IMG/VR virus record: IMGVR_UViG_3300032215_000643
Location: 14,923-78,922 of that record
Direction: 5' to 3' (one strand)
DNA from: a virus
Length of the DNA stretch: 64,000 nt
A program made the translations under genes and the position numbers. The notes under the pieces are model-generated. The model searched no databases and was not told where the DNA came from. It saw only the letters and a list, made by a program, of their open reading frames with translations. Positions within the stretch are counted from its first letter, which is position 1. Every line of letters starts with the position of its first letter. Of this stretch, positions 10,674 through 20,808 are shown piece by piece.

Positions 10674-11079
10674 TAACATTATTGTTGATGTTAGTGAAAT
10701 AAATCAGGCTATTCAAAAAGTTAACGATTTGAATAATAGATTTTCAAAAGATCATTCCACTATTGAAAATATTATAAAAGAAGTCGGAGATTTAAGAAAT
10801 TTTCATGCAACCTATGCTTTAAAAGCAAATAGTTGGAAAACCTCAACAAAAAATGGTAAGGCTGTAAGAAGCCTAACAGTAGCCTTTTCTAAAATACATT
10901 TTTATGCTACACCAGTTGTGCATGTTTCTATTGAAGGAATTCATAATGGCTTGCAGGTATCTCTTTCTAATGTAACTCATAGTGGATGCGAAATTCATGT
11001 TATGAAAACTCAAAAGTCAAATGCTTTTTCTTCAGCAGAATTAGGGCATAAGATACATTTAAGCGCACATGGTTATTAA
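10666..11079 (+). CDS. Hypothetical protein with H-type lectin-like C-terminus
   Basis: 'VAFS...F.ATPVVHVSI...SNVT.SG' resembles H-type lectin/fibre-tip domains. Confidence 0.45.
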   Translation: MANNIIVDVSEINQAIQKVNDLNNRFSKDHSTIENIIKEVGDLRNFHATYALKANSWKTSTKNGKAVRSLTVAFSKIHFYATPVVHVSIEGIHNGLQVSLSNVTHSGCEIHVMKTQKSNAFSSAELGHKIHLSAHGY

Positions 11080-11336
11080 TGTACACACCCGTAAGTTCAT
11101 GGGTTAAAAAAGAAAAGCGTTATTATGATGGATATGTCATAATAAAAATACCAGAACACCCTAAGTCATTCAACAGTTGGTACTACGAGCATAGACTTGT
11201 AGTGGAAGCCAGCCTTGACAGAATTCTTGAAGACTGGGAAACTGTTCATCATATAAACGAAAACAAAGAAGATAATAGATTAATTAATTTGTTTCTTTGT
11301 ACAAGAGCGCAACATAATAAAGCGCACAAAAATTAA
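11079..11336 (+). CDS. HNH endonuclease
   Basis: 'EHRLV...VHHINENKEDNRLINL...H' HNH motif. Confidence 0.85.
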   Translation: MYTPVSSWVKKEKRYYDGYVIIKIPEHPKSFNSWYYEHRLVVEASLDRILEDWETVHHINENKEDNRLINLFLCTRAQHNKAHKN

Positions 11337-11344
11337 GGATATAC

Positions 11345-12100
11345 ATGACAAACGATCTTAAATGGATGATGGTTTCGGACGTTCATTTCCCTCGCCATGA
11401 TCCACGAAAGGTAGAGTTGTTTTTAAAGGTTATGAAGGCTTTCAAGCCGGATGCAGTGGACCTCCTTGGAGACATTGATGATGCTGATTCAACTTCACGT
11501 TGGGCAGCAGATAAACCTTTAGAAATGTCTGTCTCTATTTATGATGGTGGAGTTAGTGGAACTAGAGATTTTCTAGCAGAAATTAATAAAATTGTTCCAA
11601 AGGCAGACAAGCATTTTCATGATGGAAATCATGGATGGACAAGGCATGGGGATTACCTTGCAAAGAAGGCTCCCCAGTTCTTAGAGTTACTTACCCCTGA
11701 TATTCTTTATGAATACAGTAAGAGTGGCTTTGATTGGCATTATTATGATGCGCCTCCTGTTAGACGTTTTGGAGATATCTATGGTCATCATGGAGAATCT
11801 ATTTCAAAGCATTCTGGGGAGTCAGTTCGTAATGATGTAAACAATTGGGGTATATCCCTAGTGCGTGGGCATTCTCATAGAATGGGTGCGTATTTCCAGA
11901 CCTATAATTTGTCTGGTCAAGAGTTGCGTGGATATGAAATTGGACACCTTTGTGATGAAGATCAAATGGACTATTCCATTCAGAAAAATTGGCAGGCGGG
12001 ATTCGCTGTAGCCCATGTGGTTAATGATTATCCACATATTCAGTTAATACAAATACACGATTATACATGCGTAGTAGACGGTAAAGTCTTTACAGCATAA
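11345..12100 (+). CDS. Calcineurin-like metallophosphoesterase
   Basis: SDVH, GDIDD, GNH and GHSH motifs. Confidence 0.85.
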   Translation: MTNDLKWMMVSDVHFPRHDPRKVELFLKVMKAFKPDAVDLLGDIDDADSTSRWAADKPLEMSVSIYDGGVSGTRDFLAEINKIVPKADKHFHDGNHGWTRHGDYLAKKAPQFLELLTPDILYEYSKSGFDWHYYDAPPVRRFGDIYGHHGESISKHSGESVRNDVNNWGISLVRGHSHRMGAYFQTYNLSGQELRGYEIGHLCDEDQMDYSIQKNWQAGFAVAHVVNDYPHIQLIQIHDYTCVVDGKVFTA

Positions 12101-12111
12101 AAGGAGAAAAC

Positions 12112-12441
12112 ATGTACGGATGGTTGGTATTCGGTCTTGCAATTGCAGTTGTACTTCTAACTTCAGTTTTTAAGACCATTGACGTAAATTCAAAGGTTAA
12201 GTCACTTATTGCAGTTGTACTTTCAATTGTTGCTGGCGCAGCAACTGTATGGGCAACACAGAATGGTGATTTTTCAACTATTAATATTGCACAGGCAGTT
12301 GCCCTAGTTTATGCAGCCTCACAGGTTGTATATGACTTTATTTTCAAGGGCACTTCTGTAGATCAGGCACTAACTTCTGTCACACCATTTGGTGGAGGAA
12401 GTTCAGGCCCAGTAGATGAGCAGCCACCAGCAGGGGCGTAA
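12112..12441 (+). CDS. Putative holin
   Basis: Three hydrophobic segments and a hydrophilic C-terminal tail; strong RBS. Confidence 0.6.
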   Translation: MYGWLVFGLAIAVVLLTSVFKTIDVNSKVKSLIAVVLSIVAGAATVWATQNGDFSTINIAQAVALVYAASQVVYDFIFKGTSVDQALTSVTPFGGGSSGPVDEQPPAGA

Positions 12442-12632
12442 TGTACTGCCGTAAATGTAGCGGCAGAGTTTTTGTTGATAGAGTGTTTAGTTCTTCTCTA
12501 AGAACTGAGTTATTCTGCATAATGTGCGGAAGACGATGGTTTATTAAAAATGGAAGCAATAGGTTTTCACAATGGTTAAAAACAAGAGAACAAAAAGTGG
12601 CGTTGGCGAGCGTTGGACCTACTTCTATTTGA
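12441..12632 (+). CDS. Zinc-ribbon protein
   Basis: CxxC...CxxC (CRKC, CIMC). Confidence 0.65.
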   Translation: MYCRKCSGRVFVDRVFSSSLRTELFCIMCGRRWFIKNGSNRFSQWLKTREQKVALASVGPTSI

Positions 12633-13093
12633 ATGAAAAGTTACATAAAACTATCTCTGTAAACAGATCAGATAACTTGCTGGTTGCATGGGATTATAAA
12701 GAAGGTAAGCGCGTTGCCTATGTCTTGTCAGACGCATATAGACATAGGCAACGTGCTTATACCACTACACAGGTAGCCCATATGCTGGACCGCCATTATG
12801 ACACAATAATTCGTCATATTGATGCCGGAAGCATTCCTTACCCTCAACATGCTTATTCTTTAAATGGTAAAAGAAGAATCATTAGATATTTATTCAGTGA
12901 AAATGATATTAGACAAATTCATGATTTCTTAAAAACTGTACATATTGGTAGACCTAGATATGATGAAAAAATTACAAATAGCAATATGATCAGTAATGCT
13001 GAACTAGAAGCCTTGCTAAGAAACTCTACTGTACTATACACTAAGACAGGTGACGGGGAATTCGTTCCTGTCTGGAAGCAACCGGAGTGGTGA
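12572..13093 (+). CDS. Helix-turn-helix DNA-binding protein
   Basis: 'YTTTQVAHMLDRHYDTIIRHIDAG.IP' MerR/excisionase-like HTH. Confidence 0.7.
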   Translation: MVKNKRTKSGVGERWTYFYLNEKLHKTISVNRSDNLLVAWDYKEGKRVAYVLSDAYRHRQRAYTTTQVAHMLDRHYDTIIRHIDAGSIPYPQHAYSLNGKRRIIRYLFSENDIRQIHDFLKTVHIGRPRYDEKITNSNMISNAELEALLRNSTVLYTKTGDGEFVPVWKQPEW

Positions 13094-13305
13094 TGGAAGA
13101 ATTAAAGAAGTCAACGTACGTTAATGTTGAATTGTCATACACACGAAATCTTGGAAACTATGAGAACATTAAAGTTAATTTAGGTGTACAGGATTATGTG
13201 CGTGATGGTGAAAACGTCAACGCAGCAATGGATAGAGTCTACGCATTTGTAGAAGATAAACTTATAACCAAGATGGAAGAAATCGAAAAAGAACTTAAGG
13301 GGTAA
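13087..13305 (+). CDS. Hypothetical protein
   Basis: 'YTRNLGNYENIK' small phage protein pattern. Confidence 0.6.
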   Translation: MVMEELKKSTYVNVELSYTRNLGNYENIKVNLGVQDYVRDGENVNAAMDRVYAFVEDKLITKMEEIEKELKG

Positions 13306-13307
13306 TT

Positions 13308-13631
13308 ATGACAAAGGACGATGCAAAGTTTGCACATTCCCTCCTAACCCTTTACTCTAATCTTTATTTAGATAAATATTCAAAGGCAGTAACTGTTAAT
13401 CGCCATAGAGAAAAGTGGGCGATGGTTGACGTTATTGATAGTATTGGTTACGAGCGTGCTAAAACTCTTCTGCTCTATTATTTTCAATGTAACAAGCCCG
13501 GTCATCCTCTTCAATGGTTTTATTTTAATTTTGACAAGTTAGATGAAATGTTGAAAAAGATTGAAGAAGATAAAGATAAACGTGCTAGGATGAGAGCGGC
13601 AACAAAGATGATGATGGAGGGCAAAGCATGA
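13308..13631 (+). CDS. Hypothetical protein upstream of helicase
   Basis: ORF coupled to dnaB. Confidence 0.55.
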   Translation: MTKDDAKFAHSLLTLYSNLYLDKYSKAVTVNRHREKWAMVDVIDSIGYERAKTLLLYYFQCNKPGHPLQWFYFNFDKLDEMLKKIEEDKDKRARMRAATKMMMEGKA

Positions 13632-14851
13632 GTACAGAATCAGCAGTCATTACGGCTGTTTGTAAAAATAAAGATATTTCAGTTCTTCTACAAGACAACG
13701 TAGATGATTTTTTTATTTCACACAGAGATGTGTGGGATGGACTAAAGTCTTATTACTATAAGTTTAAATCAGTTCCAGATGTTGAAGTTCTAGTAGATCG
13801 GTTTAATAACTTTGATCCTGCTAACGTAACAGCAGAAACTGGCTACTACCTTGATCAACTTAAAGATGAGTATCTTAGTTCTAAGATTCGTAACATGCTT
13901 CTTAAGGCTGGTGGCGATTTAAAGGGTAATGCTGCTGCGCGTGTTCTTACAGATATGCAGTCTGAAATTGCCAGCCTTTCACGTCTTACCTCTACAGTAC
14001 GAGATTTGGACGTTACAGATTATGAAAATGCTAGTAAGCACATCGAGAATCTACGCGCTCGCTCAGAAGCGATGGGTGGATCACCGGGAATTCCCACAGG
14101 GTTCAAGGCTATGGATCTTGCATATCCTACAGGAATGGCACCGGGACATTTGATTGTTGCAATTGGTTGGCCCGGTAAGGGTAAGACATGGTTCACTTCG
14201 TACCTTGCATGTAAGGCTTGGGAGCAAGGTTTTAAGCCAATGATTGTGTCTCTTGAAATGTCTCCTGAAAATATGCGTGACCGTATTTACACTATGCTTG
14301 GTAGCGGAATTTTCCGTGCCAGTGATTTCTCACGCGGTAATATTAATCTAGATGATTTTAATTCATGGGGCAAGAAGAATTTTACAGACAAGCGCGGCTT
14401 CGTCCTTGTTTCTAATGAAGGCATGGCTGATGTTACTCCACAAACAGTTCAGGGTAAGATTGATCAGCATCGTCCAGATCTAGTAATTTGTGACTATCAT
14501 CAACTATTTAATGATTCAAAGAAGTCTAACAGTGAAGTAGAACGTAATCGTAATATTTCGCGGGAGTTCAAACTACTTGCTGTTAGGAATAACATTCCTG
14601 TAGTAGACATTACTGCTGCTACTGCTGACGACGTTTCTGATCATAACGATCCTCCCATGCTTAATCAGGTTGCATGGTCTAAGGCTATTGAGTATGATGC
14701 AGATCACGCCTTTGCGGTACATAGGACTCCTGATACTAATATTATTGAAATTGTTAATAGGAAGAATCGTCATGGCACAGAATATGATTTCTACCTTGAT
14801 TGGGATATTGATCGTGGTGTCGTTAAAGAAATATATGGTGACCTGCAGTAA
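13628..14851 (+). CDS. dnaB: DnaB-like replicative helicase
   Basis: Walker A GWPGKGKT, SLEM, DYHQL, IEYDAD, KNRHG. Confidence 0.92.
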   Translation: MSTESAVITAVCKNKDISVLLQDNVDDFFISHRDVWDGLKSYYYKFKSVPDVEVLVDRFNNFDPANVTAETGYYLDQLKDEYLSSKIRNMLLKAGGDLKGNAAARVLTDMQSEIASLSRLTSTVRDLDVTDYENASKHIENLRARSEAMGGSPGIPTGFKAMDLAYPTGMAPGHLIVAIGWPGKGKTWFTSYLACKAWEQGFKPMIVSLEMSPENMRDRIYTMLGSGIFRASDFSRGNINLDDFNSWGKKNFTDKRGFVLVSNEGMADVTPQTVQGKIDQHRPDLVICDYHQLFNDSKKSNSEVERNRNISREFKLLAVRNNIPVVDITAATADDVSDHNDPPMLNQVAWSKAIEYDADHAFAVHRTPDTNIIEIVNRKNRHGTEYDFYLDWDIDRGVVKEIYGDLQ

Positions 14852-14856
14852 TATCC

Positions 14857-14865
14857 TGATATAAT
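14857..14865 (+). promoter_or_regulatory. Extended -10 promoter TGATATAAT within a TCCTGAT/ATCAGGA palindrome
   Basis: Intergenic, precedes the primase operon; the inverted repeat overlaps the RBS. Confidence 0.55.
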
Positions 14866-14882
14866 TTAATCAGGAGAAATAT

Positions 14883-15158
14883 ATGCCAAAACAAATACAT
14901 AACTTTACTATTAGTGGAGTTATTGGAGATGATTCACATATCGTCAAGGCAAGAGAGAATTACGAGAAAATTCTTATTCAGCAGATGAGAGACAAAGGAT
15001 ATGTCCCTGTCTTAGACATGCTACCTCAATTTAAAATTTCGTACATCGAAGCAAAAAATCAGTATGGATTTATTCTGACCTTGTATGGTATATTTATAGG
15101 CAAGTCAAAAGTAGATAATTTTATCGGTTTCTCCGGTCAAGACTTCATTCCTAGATAG
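14883..15158 (+). CDS. Hypothetical protein
   Basis: RBS AGGAG; ORF upstream of primase. Confidence 0.6.
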   Translation: MPKQIHNFTISGVIGDDSHIVKARENYEKILIQQMRDKGYVPVLDMLPQFKISYIEAKNQYGFILTLYGIFIGKSKVDNFIGFSGQDFIPR

Positions 15159-15165
15159 GAAAAAA

Positions 15166-16206
15166 ATGTTGACAGACACATACAGTCAGGCCCACGTTAG
15201 AGCAATCATTAACGGTTTGGGTCTAAAAATCTTTTCTGAAACGTATAATGATTTCTTATGTCTATGTCCTTTTCATGGGAATAGGCATACGCCTTCTTTT
15301 TCAATAAGTCATACAAAGGGTTTGTATCTATGCTTTAATCCTTCATGTGATGCATCGGGAACTATTTTAGATTTAGTTAAGCAGGTTTCTCACAGAAATG
15401 ATTACGAGTCTTTAAGGTTTATTCAGTCTGTAAAAGAAGATTCAGATATTAACTTTGAAGATGAGTTGGCTTCGTTGTTAGAAGACAAGCCAGAGTTTAT
15501 CCCATTTCCGTTGGAGAAGTTAAAAGAAATGCATCAGGATCTATTAAAAGAAAATAACTATGCTGCATATGATTATTTGCTGAAACGCGGAATCAGTGGC
15601 AACTCAATTGATTATTTTGGATTGGGATATTCGTCTAAGCAAGACATGATTATTGTTCCAGTGCATAGCCCAGATGGGATTCCCGTTGGTTTGGTTGGAA
15701 GAGGTATTAGTGAAAAGAAGTTCAAGAACTCAAACAATTTGCCAAGGTCGAAGACGATGTTCAACCTGCATCGCGCTAAAAAATTTGGCGGGACAGTCGT
15801 CGTTTGCGAGTCAAGTTTCGATGCTATTAGAATTCATGGCGCTGGATTCCCAAACGTCATAGCCACTCTTGGTGGATATATATCAAAAGACAACCTATCC
15901 AATTTGAATCGATACTTCTCAAAAATAATTATCATGACAGATTTTGATAATAAGGAAGAATACATTGTAAGTAATTGTAGGAAGTGCTATCCTCAAGAAT
16001 GTAAGGGTCACAATCCCGGCAGGGATCTTGGTGTGACGATTGCTAGGTCTTTGTTGAATAAAGATGTTCAATGGGCTTTGCATGATAGTAAGAATGTTTA
16101 CCCAGAGGGATGTAAAGATGCTGGGGACATGACAGATGATCAGATCAAGCATTGTATAAAAAACGCTATAACAAACGTAGAATACTCTTCCCTAGATCTG
16201 TACTAA
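15166..16206 (+). CDS. dnaG: DNA primase
   Basis: CPFH...C zinc finger; TOPRIM (CESSFDA, TDFD); KDAGDM. Confidence 0.9.
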   Translation: MLTDTYSQAHVRAIINGLGLKIFSETYNDFLCLCPFHGNRHTPSFSISHTKGLYLCFNPSCDASGTILDLVKQVSHRNDYESLRFIQSVKEDSDINFEDELASLLEDKPEFIPFPLEKLKEMHQDLLKENNYAAYDYLLKRGISGNSIDYFGLGYSSKQDMIIVPVHSPDGIPVGLVGRGISEKKFKNSNNLPRSKTMFNLHRAKKFGGTVVVCESSFDAIRIHGAGFPNVIATLGGYISKDNLSNLNRYFSKIIIMTDFDNKEEYIVSNCRKCYPQECKGHNPGRDLGVTIARSLLNKDVQWALHDSKNVYPEGCKDAGDMTDDQIKHCIKNAITNVEYSSLDLY

Positions 16207-16207
16207 C

Positions 16208-16216
16208 TGATATAAT
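16208..16216 (+). promoter_or_regulatory. Extended -10 promoter TGATATAAT
   Basis: Intergenic, upstream of SSB. Confidence 0.55.
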
Positions 16217-16265
16217 ATTAATAAGGACAAACTACAAAGTCCATTACACATTAGGAGAATACATT

Positions 16266-16919
16266 ATGGGTTTAGTTAAAGGCTTAAAGGCCATGAACAG
16301 TACACTAGATAGGCCGTCAGGCGGCGACGGACAGAAGGGCCGCTGGCTAAAGTTAGCCGACAATCAGAGCGTAAAAATCACATTTCTTCAGGAACTAGAT
16401 CCTGATTCACCAACATACGATGAAAGCCGTGGGGCTGGGTTCATTGCTATGGAACATACTAATCCAAAGGATTACCGTCGCAAGGCGCTATGTAGCATTG
16501 ACGATCAGGGTCGTTGTTATGGTTGCGAGCAGCATCGTAAAGATCCAAAGGCTGGCTGGAAGAGCCGTAGCCGACTTTACATTAATGTTCTAGTTGCAGA
16601 TGGAACAGAAGATCCATATGTCGCTATCATGTCTCAGGGTTCTGGCCCTAAGTCAGCGACACCAGAAATTATTCAGTATGCTGGTGAAACAGGTAGTATC
16701 ACAAATGTTACTTGGCGTTTGAAGCGTGTTGGTCAGGGAACAGAAACAAGTTACAGCATTATCCCTCTACCAACCACAGATCAGCCAAAGGGCGATTTTG
16801 AACTGTTCGATCTTGAGAAGATTGCTGTTCGTGATGTTCCTTATTCAGATCAGGCATCCTTCTACGATGGTCCAGATGCACCTTCGTCAGAATCATCATC
16901 CACTTCGGATATTTGGTAA
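16266..16919 (+). CDS. Single-stranded DNA-binding protein (gp32-like)
   Basis: Start at ATG 16266 after AGGAG; Zn ligands; acidic tail ending SDIW; lies between primase and polymerase. Confidence 0.7.
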   Translation: MGLVKGLKAMNSTLDRPSGGDGQKGRWLKLADNQSVKITFLQELDPDSPTYDESRGAGFIAMEHTNPKDYRRKALCSIDDQGRCYGCEQHRKDPKAGWKSRSRLYINVLVADGTEDPYVAIMSQGSGPKSATPEIIQYAGETGSITNVTWRLKRVGQGTETSYSIIPLPTTDQPKGDFELFDLEKIAVRDVPYSDQASFYDGPDAPSSESSSTSDIW

Positions 16920-16937
16920 ATATAACTATGTGCTAGA

Positions 16938-16965
16938 GTGGGGTGGGTCAATAGATCCACCCCAC
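16938..16965 (+). terminator. GC-rich hairpin between ssb and dnaE
   Basis: GTGGGGTGGGTC-AATA-GATCCACCCCAC, 12 bp including one G-U. Confidence 0.6.
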
Positions 16966-16984
16966 ACATATTTTAGGAGAAACC

Positions 16985-19900
16985 TTGTCAGATTTTGTAC
17001 ACTTGCACGTCCATTCACATTATTCTTTGATGGATGGGCTTTGCTCTGCTGAAGAATTGCTTGGTGCTGCAAAGGATCTTGGTCAAAATTCGATTGCTAT
17101 TACAGATCATGGAACTCTTTCTGGGCATCGTGAAATGCAGGCAGCAGCAAAGACTGCTGGGATGAAGCCTATTCTTGGAGTAGAAGCGTACATTTCTGAG
17201 ACAGACAGATTTGATAAGCGTGACATTAAGAATCGTGATGATAATACTCAAGTGTTTAATCATATTATCTTATTGGCGCGTGATCAGGAGGGGCTTAAGA
17301 ATCTCCAGCATTTGTCAGAGTTGGCTTGGACAGAAGGTTTTTACAGGAAGCCTCGCATTGATTTAGAGATCTTGGGTGATTATGGTAATGGTATTACTGT
17401 TCTTTCTGGATGTATGAATGGTCTTATATCTAAGGCTATTTCAAAAGATAATCTTGATCGTGCAGAACAATTAACTCGCTGGTTTCGGGATCGTTTTGAG
17501 AATAATTTTTACATGGAGATTCAGCCGCACAATCCTGCGTCGTTGAATCATGAATTACTTAGGCTTGCAGATAAGTATGGTGTTGCCCCGATTGTTACAT
17601 CGGATTGTCATTTTGCTACTCCAGATCAAAGGGGCACAGAAGAGGCTTTGCTTATTCTGTCAACTAAGCCTTCTTATAATAAAGAAGCAGATTTTAGTCA
17701 GTCTCGTAAGATGGATTTGTTTGAGAGGTTTAATTATCTTTATCCAGATCGTCCGATTAGTTTTCAAGACATTGATGTTTATGTTCAAGACAAGATGGGT
17801 ATTTCAGATACGTTAAAGGCTCAGGGTATTGATCGTAATGATATTTATGAGAACACTCTTGCAGTAGCGGATTCTGTTGGAGATTATGATTATATTGTTG
17901 GGAAGAATCTTCTTCCTGTTCCTAAGCGTAATGCTCACGACAAGTTGCGTGAAAAATGTCTTGAGGGTTTGATTAATCGAGGCATCATTGATGATAGTGT
18001 TTACAATGATAGGCTTGACATGGAACTATCAGTAATTAAGAAAAAGGATTTTTCTGCTTATTTCTTAGTTGTTGAAGATATGATTACATGGTCAAAGTCT
18101 CAGGGAATTCTTGTGGGGCCGGGACGTGGCTCAGCAGCGGGTTCCTTAGTTTGTTACCTTCTTGGTATTACAGAAGTAGATCCAATTAAATATGGATTGT
18201 TGTTTGGTCGATTTATTAATGAAGAGCGAAACGATTTTCCTGATATTGATACAGACTTTGAAGATGTTAAGCGTAGTGATATTAAAGAGTATCTTCGTAA
18301 GAAGTTTAAGCATGTGGCGTCTATTTCAACTTATCAGTATTTTAAGGATAAGGGTGTCATTCGTGATGCTTCCCGCGTTTTTATGACTCCATTGATTGAA
18401 GTTGATCGCGCTATGAAGACCGTAGATACCTTTGAGGATTTTGAAAAATCTCCAAACACACAAGAGTTCAGGCAGAAATATCCAGAGGTTCTGGACCTTG
18501 CTAGGAAACTTCGTGGACGCATTCGTGGTACAGGTGTTCACGCATCAGGCGTCATTGTTTCTAATGTTCCTATTGATAGGTATGCTCCTGTAGAGACTCG
18601 TAAAGATCCCGGCGATTCTGTTTCTGGTAGGATTCCAGTTATTGCATATGACATGGACCAAGCAGCGGATATTGGATTTATTAAACTAGATGTTTTGGGT
18701 CTTAAAACCCTATCAGTCATTTCTGATACAGTTAAGATGATTGAACAAAGGTACGGAAAAGTAATTGATCCAGTTAACATTCCGTTAGATGATAACAATG
18801 TTTATCACATGCTGTCTATTGGTTTTACCAAAGGTGTTTTTCAGGCAGAGGCAACTCCTTACACTAATCTTCTTATGAAGATGGGTGTAGATAATTTTGA
18901 AGATCTAGTTGCTTCTAATGCTCTTGTAAGGCCCGGTGCTATGAATACTGTTGGTGCAACTTATGTTGCTCGTAAGCAGGGCAGGGAGCAAGTCAAGTAT
19001 GTTCATGAAATCATGGAACCATTTCTTAAACAAACTTATGGTGTTGTAATTTATCAGGAACAGGTTATGCAAGCATGTGTGCATCTTGCTGGCATGTCTT
19101 GGGCAGATGCAGATAAGATTCGTAAGATTATTGGAAAGAAGAAGGATGTACATGAGTTTGATATATTCAAGGAACAGTTCGTTATGGGGTCAGCGGAACA
19201 CATTGATAAGGAAGCCGCTGAGCAACTATGGCACGACTTTGAGGCGCACGCCGGATATTCGTTTAATCGTTCTCATGCCGTGGCATATTCCATGCTCTCA
19301 TATAGAACCGCATGGCTTAAATACCACTACCCACTTGAATTCATGTTCGCTCTGTTAAAGAATGAAAAAGACAATGATGCTAGAACGGATTACTTGCTTG
19401 AGGCTAAGCGTCTGGGTTTGAAGATTATGCTTCCGCATGTAAACAAGTCTGAGATTGACTTTTCTATTCAAGAGGATGGAATCAGGTTTGGACTAGCCAA
19501 TATTAAGTTTATTTCAGATAATATTGGTAATAAGATTATTGATGCTAGGCCGTTTAAAACGTATAGCGAGTTGCTTGAGTTTGCTCAGAAGCGTGGCAGT
19601 GGAATTAATTCTCGCGCTATTGGGGCGCTGAATGCTATCGGTGGAGCGCATTTTGATGATAACCCTAAGACTGGTAATGAGTCAGATAATCTTTACGAGT
19701 ATCTTAATATCCCAAAGTTTGATCTTAGTAAAATTACTCCAGAGATAAAGACTCAGATAACTCCGTTGGATGATTTTGAGGAACAGGGATGTTTCATTGT
19801 TATGGGTATGGTCAAATCAATTAAGCGTGGGACAGGTTGGTCGCGTGTAGAGTTGGTGGATGATACTGGTTCTATTGGTATTTTCCATAATGAGAATACT

Positions 19901-20260
19901 CAGATAGAAACTAATACTATGTATATGTTCCTTGTGGGCGACAATAGAATTCATCGATATGTTACTATTGATGATGTTGTAGAGAAAACGGACGATGTGT
20001 TTGTTCGTTATCTTAAAGCAGAAAAGATTCCTGCAAAGGATGGGGAGTATGCGGTAATTGATTTTACTCCTTATAGAACAAAAGCAAACAAGATGATGGG
20101 TCACGTTATTCTTTCTAGCGGAGATAAGCAGTTACGCAGAGTAATCGTGTTCCCTAAAAACTATTCGTTAGCCCTTGGTAAGATGAAGCCGGGGGTAATC
20201 TGTGATCCAATTATTAATCGTATGGATGACGGAACCGTATTTGTAAAGGATATTAAATAA
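16985..20260 (+). CDS. dnaE: DNA polymerase III alpha subunit (TTG start)
   Basis: PHP HLHVHSHYSLMDG; GPGRGSAAGSLV; PDIDTDF; KLDVLGL; YSFNRSHA. Confidence 0.97.
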   Translation: MSDFVHLHVHSHYSLMDGLCSAEELLGAAKDLGQNSIAITDHGTLSGHREMQAAAKTAGMKPILGVEAYISETDRFDKRDIKNRDDNTQVFNHIILLARDQEGLKNLQHLSELAWTEGFYRKPRIDLEILGDYGNGITVLSGCMNGLISKAISKDNLDRAEQLTRWFRDRFENNFYMEIQPHNPASLNHELLRLADKYGVAPIVTSDCHFATPDQRGTEEALLILSTKPSYNKEADFSQSRKMDLFERFNYLYPDRPISFQDIDVYVQDKMGISDTLKAQGIDRNDIYENTLAVADSVGDYDYIVGKNLLPVPKRNAHDKLREKCLEGLINRGIIDDSVYNDRLDMELSVIKKKDFSAYFLVVEDMITWSKSQGILVGPGRGSAAGSLVCYLLGITEVDPIKYGLLFGRFINEERNDFPDIDTDFEDVKRSDIKEYLRKKFKHVASISTYQYFKDKGVIRDASRVFMTPLIEVDRAMKTVDTFEDFEKSPNTQEFRQKYPEVLDLARKLRGRIRGTGVHASGVIVSNVPIDRYAPVETRKDPGDSVSGRIPVIAYDMDQAADIGFIKLDVLGLKTLSVISDTVKMIEQRYGKVIDPVNIPLDDNNVYHMLSIGFTKGVFQAEATPYTNLLMKMGVDNFEDLVASNALVRPGAMNTVGATYVARKQGREQVKYVHEIMEPFLKQTYGVVIYQEQVMQACVHLAGMSWADADKIRKIIGKKKDVHEFDIFKEQFVMGSAEHIDKEAAEQLWHDFEAHAGYSFNRSHAVAYSMLSYRTAWLKYHYPLEFMFALLKNEKDNDARTDYLLEAKRLGLKIMLPHVNKSEIDFSIQEDGIRFGLANIKFISDNIGNKIIDARPFKTYSELLEFAQKRGSGINSRAIGALNAIGGAHFDDNPKTGNESDNLYEYLNIPKFDLSKITPEIKTQITPLDDFEEQGCFIVMGMVKSIKRGTGWSRVELVDDTGSIGIFHNENTQIETNTMYMFLVGDNRIHRYVTIDDVVEKTDDVFVRYLKAEKIPAKDGEYAVIDFTPYRTKANKMMGHVILSSGDKQLRRVIVFPKNYSLALGKMKPGVICDPIINRMDDGTVFVKDIK

Positions 20261-20463
20261 TGACTGAAACAGTAAGTGAAGAAGATTATGTACCTGTATC
20301 TGCTGAATTAATCCTAGCAGCAGTTCTTAAAACATTGGGTCTAGTTTCTATTCCCACCGAAGCGTTGATGCAAAGTTACGATCAATATCAGATTAAGATA
20401 GATCAAGAAGTTGAAGATTTTATTACTCTACAGTTGGTTGAGGTTTCAAATGATGAATCTTGA
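20260..20463 (+). CDS. Acidic hypothetical protein
   Basis: Coupled to the dnaE stop. Confidence 0.55.
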   Translation: MTETVSEEDYVPVSAELILAAVLKTLGLVSIPTEALMQSYDQYQIKIDQEVEDFITLQLVEVSNDES

Positions 20464-20779
20464 TGATTTTTCCCTAGAACTTAATGACCTTGCTACACAA
20501 AAAGGTTTCTGGACACATGAGCCTGATATTAATTTTATGCTTGCTAAGTTAGCACTTGTTCATTCAGAGGTAAGTGAAACTCTTGAGGCTCTAAGAAAGC
20601 AGAAGGGGCAAGATTCGGTAGAAGAAGAGTTAGCCGACATTCTAATTAGGTTGCTTGATTTTGTGGGTGGCGCTAAAAAGTCTGGATGGATTAGCCCTAC
20701 GACCTCCTTTGAGCAAGTTGTTCTTGATAAAATTGAGATTAATAGAAGTCGTCCTAAAAAGCATGGGAATCTAATCTAG
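20450..20779 (+). CDS. MazG-like nucleotide pyrophosphohydrolase
   Basis: 'LVHSEVSETLEALRK...EEELADILIRLLD'. Confidence 0.85.
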   Translation: MMNLDDFSLELNDLATQKGFWTHEPDINFMLAKLALVHSEVSETLEALRKQKGQDSVEEELADILIRLLDFVGGAKKSGWISPTTSFEQVVLDKIEINRSRPKKHGNLI

Positions 20780-20808
20780 TAATACGCATTACTGTATAAT
20801 AGAATCAA

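Noticed and set aside
16985-20260. Intein or intron in dnaE (also checked dnaB, recA and terL)
   Set aside because: Lengths are normal, motifs are continuous, and no intein splice motifs were seen
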